A stretch of 22,768 nt of DNA from Octopus sinensis (Eukaryota). This document shows positions 10,439-19,821 of the stretch, piece after piece. The notes below the pieces were generated by a model. The model searched no databases and was not told the origin of the DNA. It saw only the letters and a program-made list of their open reading frames with translations. The stretch lies in contig NW_021836892.1 of NCBI RefSeq assembly GCF_006345805.1, positions 1 to 22,768 of the forward strand, given 5' to 3'. Numbering within the stretch: position 1 is the first letter of the stretch; the number at the start of each line of letters is the position of its first letter. The position numbers and the translations under genes were made by a program.

Positions 10439-11058
10439 TAACCCTTTAGCGTTCAGGCTGCTCTGTCAAATGTAATGTGTATGTATTCACATTGTTTTGA
10501 ATTAATCATGGATTATCTTTGAAATTTCAATGGTGTGATTGTTTAGTTTTAGAATGACATTGTAGAGTAGGTGTGAGAGGTTGGATCTGGCCAGTCTGAA
10601 CATAAAACAGGTAGACAATCTGGGCTGGATTTGGCTGGTTTACCCTTGTAGAATTCAAATTATTCTGTCAAATGTAATGCTTATTTCTTCACACTGTTTT
10701 GAGTCAATCATGCATTAGCCCATAGCTTTGAGATTTTGATGATGTGATTGTTTGTTTATAGGGTAACATCACAGAGTAGGTGTGAGAGGCTGGATCTGAC
10801 TGGTTTTAATATCAAGCAGGTAGAATATTTGGGCTGGATATGGCTGGATTAAATGCTAAAGAGATATACTTATGTGTATAATCCCTTAGCATCCAGATTA
10901 TTCCATAAAATAGAATGCTTGTTTATTGACATTGCTTTGAATTAATCATTCATTATCTCATAGCTGTGGGGTTTCGATGATATGACTGTTTATTTTTAGA
11001 ATGACATTGTAGGGTAGGTCTGAGAAGTTGGATCTGGTCAGTTTAAGCATAAATCAGG
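10439..11058 (+). mobile_element. Three head-to-tail MITE E copies (~10439-10640, 10641-10864, 10878-11058)
   Basis: Each starts (a)ccct(t)tagc/gaatt and carries attcacattgttttgaattaatcatg-like and taggtgtgagagg-like motifs; the third is cut by a SINE A insertion. Confidence 0.85.
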
Positions 11059-11412
11059 TTACTCTTTTACTTGTTTCAGTCATGTGACTGTGGCCATGCT
11101 GGAGCACCGTCTTTAGTCGAGCAAATCGACTCCAGGACTTATTCTTTGTAAGCCTAGTACTTATTCTATCGGTCTCTCTTGCTGAACCACTAAATGACGG
11201 GGACGTAAACACACCAGCATCAGTTGTCAAGCGATGTTGGGGGGGGGACAAAAACAGACACACAAACATATACACACACACGAACACACACACATATATA
11301 CATATATACGACGGGCTTCTTTCAGTTTCCATCTACCAAATCCACTCACAAGGCTTTGGTCGGCCTGAGGCTATAGTAGAAGACACTTACCACACAGTCA
11401 CTCCTACGCCTA
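11059..11412 (-). mobile_element. SINE family A with deletion in the head
   Basis: Same body as 8404-8810; the head lacks the B-box segment (agaagacact|taccacacag). Confidence 0.88.
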
Positions 11413-11438
11413 TAGTAGAAAGGATTATTATTATTATT

Positions 11439-11641
11439 AGGGTGGTGAGCTTTCAGATTGTTAAATGGTGGGTAAGATGTTTTATTTCATTTCATCTTTC
11501 TTTAATTTCTGAGTTCCACCGTCAACTTTACCTTTCATCCTTTCAGGGTCGATAAATAAAGAACCAGTGAAACACTGGGGTCGATGTACTCAACTATCCC
11601 CCTGCCCCCAAATCTCAGGCTTTGTGCCTTTTTTAGAAAGG
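11439..11641 (+). mobile_element. SINE family B
   Basis: gggtggtgagct head, cctttcatcctttcagggtcgataaa core, tail ggctttgtgccttttttagaaagg(att)n. Confidence 0.8.
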
Positions 11642-11686
<45 letters not shown>

Positions 11687-11860
11687 TTTATTTTAATTAT
11701 TATTATTATTATTATTTTAATTATTATTGTTATTATTATTATTATTATTATTATATTATTATTATTATTATTATTATTATATTTTTATTTTAATATTATT
11801 ATTATTATATTTTAATTATTATTGTTATTATATTATTATTATTATTATTATATTATTATT
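11642..11860. repeat. ~220-bp interrupted (ATT)n microsatellite (expanded SINE tail)
   Basis: Directly visible; source of the poly-Ile and poly-Tyr ORFs. Confidence 0.95.
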
Positions 11861-12052
11861 AAGGTGGCTACAAAAATTTTAGTGGCATTTCATGTTTTTA
11901 CATTTTGAGCTCAAATTCTGCCGAGGTCGATTTTCCTTTCCGTCCTTTCAGGGCTGATAAAATGAATACCAGTGATGTACTGGTGTCAATGTTATCAACT
12001 AGCACCCCACCTACCTCTTAAAAACTGCTGGCCTTGTGCCAAAATTTGAAAC
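11861..12052 (+). mobile_element. SINE family B (variant tail ccttgtgccaaaatttgaaacc)
   Basis: aaggtggc head, gagctcaaattctgccgaggtcga, gataaaatgaataccagt. Confidence 0.75.
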
Positions 12053-12836
12053 CTTTATTTCATCACTCTTTTTATGAGATCGGACACAGAAACTTTGCCG
12101 TGTCAACCGAATGGTTGCAGTCAGTTGGTTTAACGCACCACTTCATTATAAATTTAATAAAACAGTGTATGCATCTCATCATTTTTACTCTCTTGCAAAA
12201 GAGCTGTATTATGATCTTGGAGGGGGCTAGTAGTAGCAGCAACAGCAACAGCAGCAGCAGCAGCAGTAGTAGTAGTAAGCTGTGAGTAAACTCATGCCAA
12301 AGTATACGAGTTCATTCCTTGTTTGTTTGAGCCATTTTTACCTCACGATGCTAATATATTCTTGTGGGTTGTGAGGGAAGGGAAGATGCAAGAATGACAC
12401 AGCTTCCACATTCCCCCCCCTCCTTTTGCTATAAATATAAATATGCGGTCTTTTATCTGTGTTAAGACGACAACGACAACAACAGTAAAACATGCACGCA
12501 CACACACACACACATAGCCAAAAATAAAAATCAATAATATCTAAGCATTCAGGTGCTTTCGGGTGCTATAGATTGTCGACAACATTGCTGTAATGTTTCA
12601 ATTTTCTGTACGAAGAAATTGTTATTTGAATATGATTTTAGGTGGAATTCTTTGGTTGCAAAATGAAAGAAAAGAAAAAGGACTGACAATGCAGGCTTTT
12701 TTTTTTTCTTCTTCATAATCCCTCTTAATTGCAAAAGTCAATACAGCTTATTAAAGCAGGCATTTGGAATTTAAGTGACAGTAATTACACAATGTGTGAA
12801 ATAAATAAGTCTAGAGAATATGAAAGAACCTTTTGA

Positions 12837-12881
<45 letters not shown>

Positions 12882-12882
<1 letters not shown>

Positions 12883-13016
12883 TGAATGGCATGCTGGCAG
12901 GCTTGTTACAGCAGTGGTGAAAATGTCCAGTGGCATTTTATTTGACTCGTTATGAGTTCAAATTTTGCTGGGGTCAACTTTGCCTTTCATCCTGCTGGGG
13001 TGGGGTTGATAAAATA
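12882..13016 (+). mobile_element. SINE family B, diverged and partial
   Basis: gagttcaaattttgctggggtcaactttgcctttcatcc; preceded by an (att)n tract at about 12839-12881. Confidence 0.7.
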
Positions 13017-13143
13017 AAATAAAGCAATCTAAATGGCTATTATTTTCTTCTGTCAAAAAAAAAAATTTTTTTTTAAACTGCTAGCCAGAATTTGAAACCA
13101 CCACCATATCGTCATCATCATCATCATCGTCATCATTATTATT

Positions 13144-13743
13144 GGGTTTATGTCGAACACCTGCTGTTGCGTGTGGGACAGATCTAGCTTTCAGCTGAAT
13201 CCATTGCGAAGATTGCGCTGCCATCCTCTTTTGGCTGGGAGGGGCAAGGCAATTTTTATTTGTCTAGTGGCTGTAGCGAAAGAGGTAGTATGGTGGATCC
13301 ATTTGAGTAATGTGGTGGACCCTAAAGACAGACACTTTCCTCCTTGGCCAAGCGCTCATCAACTTTTTCAAGTTTCATTTGAAAAGGAAGTTGAGGGTGG
13401 AGAGGGAAGTGTTGCCTTGTAGCAAGTTTGTTGAAAGGTGGGTGAATGTTGGAAGAACGACCAGTGTGAAAGGACCAATTCTGAGCGTGCACCTGTAAAA
13501 AAAAGAAGGGCTCTTTCCCTTTTGTTCAGGTACCCATGACTTTTGTGGGTTTTTTCACAAGGTCCTTAAAGCGCCTCCCCTATAGGGAGTTTTAAATTAT
13601 TTAATTTTTAATTGATTATATTGTTTACATGTTGTCAAACCCATTGTATTGTCCTGTTTTGTCTTTTATGTTGTTGCATGTCTTTTAATGTAATTCTTAT
13701 GTGAGCCCTTGTGGCCAATAAAAAATGAATTATTATTATTATT
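13144..13743 (+). mobile_element. 5'-truncated non-LTR retrotransposon 3' end, L1/Tx1-like, (ATT)n tail
   Basis: Three joined frames give YVEHLLLRVGQI*LSAESIAKIALPSSFG / KAIFICLVAVAKEVVWW / LKTDTFLLGQALINFFKFHLKRKLRVEREVLPCSKFVERWVNV...L* (stop at 13498). This resembles Tx1-clade ORF2 C-termini (AK..iW..R ... rl..E ... F...W). It is followed by a T-rich 3' UTR, AATAAA at 13717-13722 and (att)5. Confidence 0.65.
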
Positions 13744-13965
13744 AGGATGGCAAGCTGGCACAGTTGTTACAGAGTCGGGCAAAATATCAAGTGCCATTTC
13801 TTCTGACACATTACATTCTAAGTTCAAATTCTTCTGGGGGTCAACTTAGCCTTTCTTTCCTTTTGGGTTAAAAGTACCAGTGAAGTACTGGGGAGGTGGG
13901 TGTCAATCTTAATTGACTATTCCCCTCCCCTTAAAATTACTAACCCCATGCCAAAATTTGAAACC
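13744..13965 (+). mobile_element. SINE family B, diverged
   Basis: aggatggcaagctggca head, aagttcaaattc, aaagtaccagtgaagtactgggg, tail atgccaaaatttgaaacc then (att)n. Confidence 0.75.
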
Positions 13966-13980
13966 ATGATTATTATTATC

Positions 13981-14035
<55 letters not shown>

Positions 14036-14037
<2 letters not shown>

Positions 14038-14252
14038 AGTGGCGAGCTGGCAGAATCATTAGCATGTCAGGTGAAATGTTTAGCAGTATTTTGCCTGTCG
14101 CTACATTCCGAGTTCAAATTCTGCCACGGTCAACTTTGCCTTTCATCCTTTGGGGGTTGGTAAATTAAGTACCAGTTTGTATACTGGGGGTCGATCTAAT
14201 TGACTGCCCCCCCTCCCATCAAATTTCAGGCCTTGTGCCCATAGTAGAAAGG
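14036..14252 (+). mobile_element. SINE family B, full length
   Basis: aaagtggcgagctggcagaatc...gagttcaaattc...gcctttcatcc...ggccttgtgcccatagtagaaagg; colinear with 2317-2533. Confidence 0.88.
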
Positions 14253-14751
14253 ATTATCATCATCATCATCATCATTATTATTATATTTTCCTATTCCTAT
14301 TGCTTCTTCCTTCCATTGGATGGGTGTCCATGACATTTTGACCAGCAGACAAGCAGGGCTTGCTGTCCTCGGCTGGCTTCGTATTAGTCACCGTCTTAGA
14401 ATTCTTTCATTTTGGAACAGTTCTTCTGTCCAAATTTTCTTCTTTTTTTTTTTCTTCTCCTCCCTCTTCTTCTTCCCTTTTCTTTTTCTTTAATTTCTCT
14501 TTTCTCGCTGCTTTACTACATCACGTTTTCTACCCCCATCCCCCCCACCCCACACACACTGGACCGTTATTTCGCGTAGTGTATGCACATAATGAGTATG
14601 TCTCTGTGTCTGTGTGCATTCATGCTTATTTCTTTTGCCTCTTATTTATCAGTGTCGCTCAAATTTGCTCCCCCTCCTCCCTCCATCTGCTACCCATTAC
14701 TCTTCCTCTTCTCGTGCCCCCTCCTCCTCCTCCTCCTCCTCCTTCACTTAC

Positions 14752-14918
14752 CTATAGAATGACTCATTGATTTGGTTATTAAATGCTTCATTCTACCTTT
14801 CTTTTCTTTCTTTCATTTTTGTTTTTGTTTTTGTTTTGTTTTTTAAATTTATTTCTTCAGCAATGCACAAATTTGATTGGTTCTGCTTGTGACCAATCAG
14901 ATAGCCTATGTTCTATTG
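14752..14918 (-). other. Candidate 167-nt exon (5' UTR plus possible start codon) or promoter-proximal element of an unidentified minus-strand transcript
   Basis: On the minus strand: acceptor ccttttctcctttcctcccttgctgcag| and donor ATAG|gtaagt; ATG at 14791 gives MKHLITKSMSHSI; contains a CCAAT palindrome at 14874-14899. No homology recognised. Confidence 0.3.
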
Positions 14919-15124
14919 CTGCAGCAAGGGAGGAAAGGAGAAAAGGATTCTCTTTTAAATTCTCTCTCTCTCTCTCTCTCCTCCCCCCATAGATTTCTCT
15001 GTTCTTTTCTTAGTCAGCTTGCTTCAATCCTTGGTAGATTGTTAAATTGCTTGTCTATATACCTATTGACATTATTCATCTGTCTTTTTCTAAAACATTC
15101 ATAAATTCACCAAACATAAAATAC

Positions 15125-15150
15125 ATGTTTATATATATATCTATAAATAT

Positions 15151-15181
<31 letters not shown>

Positions 15182-15290
15182 GATATAGATCTATAGATAC
15201 TCACACACATATATACACACACACATATACACACATACACACACAGATATATATACACACACACACACACATATATATGTACATAACTTG
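15125..15290. repeat. Compound (TA)n/(CA)n microsatellite
   Basis: Directly visible. Confidence 0.9.
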
Positions 15291-15660
15291 TGTACATGCA
15301 TGTTAGCATATGCATAGGTGTGTAAACTATGAATGTATGTTTGTGTATAAATAGATATTCGAATCGTTAATTATCTCCATTTGCATATTTTTTTGCATAA
15401 TATCCATTCAGCTATCTATGCATCTGTACATGCAGAAATATGTGTATATGTATACAGTGTATAATTTGTGTGTGTATATGTGTGTGTGTATGTAAGGTGT
15501 CTACATACTTTTCAGACATTTTACAAACCACAACAAAATGGATATTCTTTTAACGAGAATAAATTAATTGACCGATAAAGAGAGAAGAATGTTAAGGAAT
15601 CGCATAAGTGAAATGTAAGATAGGTGAAAGTAATAAGTAATTAATTGGCATTTCTTTCTT

Positions 15661-15929
15661 CTTTTTACCTGTTTCAGTCATTGGACTGCAGCCATGCTGG
15701 GGCACTGCCTTGAAGGGTTTTAATCAAAGAAATCAACCCCACAATACTTAATTTTTTAAAGCCTGGTAATTGTTGTAGCGGCCTCTTTTGCCAAACTACT
15801 AAATTACGTGGGTGTAAACAAACCAACATTGGTTATCAAGCAGTGGTGTCGAATACAGACGTACTCACACAACACAGACACATACACATAAAACCACAAA
15901 TGCATGCACCACACACACGCACACGCACG

Positions 15930-15966
<37 letters not shown>

Positions 15967-16090
15967 GCTTCTGTCAGTTTCCACTTACTGAATCCACTCA
16001 CAAGGCTTTGGCTGGTCCAGTTGTCCCACTGTATGCCCAGGGTGCTATACAGTTGAACTGAATCCAGAACCATGTGGTTGGGAAGCAACT
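15661..16090 (-). mobile_element. SINE family A, older diverged subfamily
   Basis: cctgtttcagtcattggactgcagccatgctggggcactgccttgaaggg...aatccactcacaaggctttgg...gaaccatgtggttgg. Confidence 0.8.
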
Positions 16091-16357
16091 ATTAGAAGGA
16101 AAAACAAAGGTCGAGTAATTATAAAACCTGGGGAGAGAAAAAAGCAAAGTCTAAACATGAGGAATGGTAAAATCCTAATCTGATAAAGCTTGGAGAATAG
16201 AAAGGGAGTTGAAATTCTTGTAACTATGACAAAACCATTTTGTATGTATTTGCTTATTTGACATAATAAGCAAAGGTAAAAATCTAAAATAGATGTGAAA
16301 ATGGAGATGAAAGAATTTATGAATTTTCAGTATGGTTAGAATTTCATTTTGGTAAGC

Positions 16358-16886
16358 CATGCCAGGGGTGTAACCAGCCCACTTATGCGTACCTTTCCTT
16401 CATTGGACACTAAACTCTGCTTGTGAAGACCTGTTGAGGCAAGTGAAATTGAAATCAAAATCAATGACTGGCATCCGTCCTAGTGGGGTGCTAAGAGTAC
16501 CATCCGAGCCAGAGCTACAAACTGGCACGTAAAAAGCACCATTCGAGTGTAATCGTTACCTGTGTCGCCTTACTGGCACTTGTGCGGGTGGCATGTGAAA
16601 AAACATTCGAGCGAAGTCATTGCCAGTGCCGCTGGACTGGCTTCTGTGCAGGTGGTACATAAAAAGCACCATTTGAGCGTGGCTGTTGCCAGTACTGCCT
16701 GACTGGCCCTCGTGCCGGTGGAACATAAAAGCGCCCACTACACTCTCGGAGTGGTTGGTGTTAGGAAGGGCATCAAGCTGTAGAAACTCTGCTAGATCAG
16801 AGTGCAGCCATCTGGTTCACCAGACCTCAGTCAAATTGTCCAACCCATGCTAGCATGGAAAGTGGACGTTAAACGATGATGATGAT
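16358..16886 (+). mobile_element. RTE LINE 3' UTR with about 3.5 diverged tandem units
   Basis: Shares cttgtgaagacctgttgaggcaagt with 21998-22024, then units ending aaaaagcacc, then the common tail and (gat)n. Confidence 0.85.
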
Positions 16887-16949
16887 ATTCAAGTAGCTGC
16901 CTTCAGAGATGAACACTCTTGTGTAGATATTCATGTAACAATATTGGTA

Positions 16950-17100
16950 TAATGAAGCCTCCTGCCTTTCCATATGAAACACCCAGACTTCCAGGCATTT
17001 TGGTAAGGAGACTAGAATCCTTTGCTGAAGTAGCTAAAGTTCCTAGACTGGGTTTCCATACTGCGGATGCATACTTTAACAATGTGTTTGATATGCTTTT
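16950..17100 (-). pseudogene. Possible CR1/L2-type LINE post-RT fragment
   Basis: Minus strand reads ...LLKYASAVWKPSL...LLTKMPGSLGVSYGK, resembling CR1 RP.LEYAS.VW.P...TK.IPGL..lSYeeRL; short and degenerate. Confidence 0.45.
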
Positions 17101-17144
17101 GTTGTTGTGTTATCACGGATTAGCTCCGATCAAGCAGCTAAAAC

Positions 17145-17345
17145 ATTGTGGGCTTAGTGGTTAGGGTGTTGAAGCTATGACTGTGGTTTCAGTTTCTGGA
17201 CTGTGTCAGGGATTGTGTTCTTGAGCAAGACACTTCATTTCACGTTGCTCCATTCCACTCAGCTGGTGAAAATGAGTAATCCTGCGATGGACCAGTGTCC
17301 CATCCAGGGAGGAATATACACACTGGAGAAAACAGGAAATCAGCC
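17145..17345 (+). mobile_element. tRNA-derived SINE family C
   Basis: ggcttagtggttaggg head, CORE-like gtgttcttgagcaagacactt, ctccattccactcagctgg, 3' cctgcgatggaccagtgtcccatccaggg. Confidence 0.7.
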
Positions 17346-17496
17346 TTATGCGCCTTACGGAATGATGTGGACCAACCAAGCAGTCTTATAGCATGCAGGT
17401 AGTCAGTCAAACAGTGAGGTATGAATTAATGATTTTTATCCTCAGTTATATATCATGTTTCTGCCTAGCTGACGACCTACAAGAAAGATTTTATAT

Positions 17497-17560
17497 CAGT
17501 GGTTCTCAACTAGGGTCCGTATGACCCTTGTGGAGGCCATGCAAGATTTTGTTGAAGAAT
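17497..17560 (+). mobile_element. Possible hAT (Charlie-like) left terminus
   Basis: cagtggttctcaac at 17497-17510 matches the hAT-Charlie TIR motif; no partner TIR found, so the end coordinate is approximate. Confidence 0.35.
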
Positions 17561-17659
17561 TTATGTAACTTAAACCAGTTATACACAATACTCAAAATAT
17601 TTTAACAGTTCTTTTAATACAATTCCTAATAATATTTAATTATAAAAATATATGATTTT

Positions 17660-18171
17660 TTAACTGTTTAGTATTTAAACGATCCATATCCAGCTAAAAT
17701 ATTCCACCTGTTTTATTTTTAAACCAACCAGATTCTACCTTTCACATTGACCATTTAATGCCACTATTACTATGCCAGCGCTACCTGACTGGCGTCTGTG
17801 TCAGTGACACATAAAAAGCACCAACCGATCATGGCCGTTTGCCAGCCTCCTCTGGCCCCTGTGCCGGTGGCACGTAAAAAGTACCCACTACATTCATGGA
17901 GTGGTTGGCATTAGGAAGGGCATCCAGCTGTAGAAACACTGCCAGATCAGACTGGAGCCTGGCGCAGCCTCCTGGCTTCCCAGACCCCAGTCGAACTGTC
18001 CAACCCATGCTAGCATGGAGAACGGACGTTAAACGATGATGATGATGATTGTAGAAATAAACAATCACATCATCAAAATCTCCAAGCTATGAGATAATGC
18101 AGGATTAATTCATTACAATGTGAATAAATAAGCATCACATTTGACAGAATAATCTGAATGCTAAAGGGTTA
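17660..18171 (-). mobile_element. MITE E interrupted by an RTE 3' fragment
   Basis: ttaactgtttagtatttaaac...ccatatccagc (17660-17760) and 18055-18171 ending aatgctaaagggtt. Confidence 0.75.
17765..18049 (+). mobile_element. RTE 3' UTR fragment with 2 tandem units, nested in MITE E
   Basis: gccagcgctacctgactggc...aaaaagcacc...gtgccggtggcac...ggacgttaaac(gat)n. Confidence 0.85.
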
Positions 18172-19116
18172 TCCATCAAATGGCTATGAGGGTCTACCTG
18201 TATAAAATAGAAATCAAAGAGATCCATAGGTAAAAAAAAAAAAAAGGATTGCCAACACCTGCTGTATGTGGCCACTCAGCTTGCAAAAAACCTGAAGCCA
18301 TGTTTGCTTCAAATACTAACCTACTATTTTAAAAACCATGAAATAGACAGGATAAACTAATTTCTAATACACCTAAAGTGGGGAAAGATTAAAAAAAGGC
18401 AGGTATGGCAAAGTAATTAAAAAGTTCCCTTCAGAATCACATGGCTTCTAATTTAATTGTACCATGTGATACTTTGTGCAAGTATCTTCTATTATAGCTT
18501 TGAGATACTCTTTACTCTTTTACTCTTTTACTTGTTTCAGTCATTTGACTGCGGCCATGCTGAAGCACCGCCTTTAGTCAAGCAAATCAACCCCGGGACT
18601 TATTCTTTGTAAGCCCAGTACTTAGTCTATCGGTCTCTTTTGCCGAACCGCTAAGTGCCAGGGACGTAAACATACCAGCATCGGTTGTCAAGCAATGCTA
18701 GAGGGACAAACACAGACACACAAACACACATACACACATATACTTATATATACATATATACGTTGGGCTTCTTTCAGTTTCCTTCTACCAAATCCACTCA
18801 CAAGGCTTTGGTTGGCCTGAGGCTATAGCAGAAGACACTTGCCCAAGATGCCACGCACTGGGACTGAACCCGGAACCATATGGTTGGTAAATAAGCTACT
18901 TACCACACAGCCACTCCTGTCCTTTTTTTTTTTTTTTTTACCTATGGATCTCTTTGATTTCTATTTTATGCAGGTAGACCCTCATAGCCATTTGATGGAT
19001 AACCCTTTAGCATTCAGATTATTCTGTAAAATGTGATGCTTATTTATTCACATTGTATTGGATTAATCATGCACTATCTCATAGCTTGGAGATTTCAATG
19101 ATGTGATTGTTTATTT
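18055..19116. repeat. Long inverted repeat: arms 18055-18248 and 18920-19116
   Basis: Manual reverse-complement comparison shows 8 substitutions plus a 3-nt poly(A/T) length difference (14 vs 17). Confidence 0.92.
18506..18919 (-). mobile_element. SINE family A, missing only the first few nt
   Basis: Colinear with 8404-8810; tail (tactcttt)x3. Confidence 0.92.
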
Positions 19117-19342
19117 TGTGAATGAAATTGAGAGAAGGGAACTGTACTGAAACCTGTTTGTGGATGTGTGAATGTGTATGTGTTTGTTTCCAATGTGACT
19201 CGCATCAATTGCAAAACTCCTGTTTCTCTGCCTCTGTGACACTTCAACATCTCATCACTTCACATAATCCATCTTCCTCTATACTATACTTACCTCTGTT
19301 GAGTGATCTTATCTTATGAGTTACTCAGTGACTTCACTAGTG

Positions 19343-19640
19343 TAGGCATGTGGTACGTAGCTCAGTGGTTAGGGTATTTGGCTCATGGTCATATGATCGT
19401 GAGTTCAATTCCTGGCAGCACGTTCTCCAGTCCACTCAGCTGCCAAAAATTAGTTGTACCAGTAATTCAAAGGGGCCAGCCTTGTCACATTTCGTGTCAT
19501 GCTGAATCTCCCTGAGAACTATGTTAAAGGGTACACATATCTGTGGAATACTCGGCCACTTGCATGTTAATTTCACAAGCAAGCTGTTCTGTCGATCAGA
19601 TCAACTGCAAACTCTATCGTTATAACCAGTGGAGCACTAA
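19343..19640 (+). mobile_element. tRNA-derived SINE family D
   Basis: tagctcagtggttaggg A box, gagttcaattcc B box; middle shared with family C, 3' domain shared with 20023-20384. Confidence 0.75.
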
Positions 19641-19644
19641 AGTC

Positions 19645-19821
19645 ATTAGTGCTGTTGCAACATAGAAAGCAAAGCAGTACACTCCTTAAAGTGGTTGGCA
19701 TTAGGAAGGACATTCAGTCATTGAAACCATGCCAAAGACATTGGAGTACAATGCAGTCCTTAGACCTGTCGATTCCTGTCAAACCATTCCAACCTATATC
19801 AACATGGAAAATGGGTGTTAA
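19645..19821 (+). mobile_element. Diverged element ending in the RTE-type tail
   Basis: cagtacactccttaaagtggttggcattaggaagg...aacatggaaaatgggtgttaa. Confidence 0.65.

Noticed and set aside
11567-11815. Poly-Ile, poly-Tyr, poly-Ser and poly-Met/Asp ORFs (also 5750-6025, 9562-9753, 21202-21393)
   Set aside because: Translations of microsatellites.
12549-12640. Possible second exon of the minus-strand gene (phase-1 compatible, EFHLKSY...PEST*)
   Set aside because: Weak AAG acceptor and no recognisable homology; phase compatibility has a 1-in-3 chance.
15516-15578. Possible LARS1 terminal exon TFYKPQQNGYSFNENKLIDR* after ttttcag
   Set aside because: Only a faint PQ..NG.F resemblance, then a stop; too short to support.
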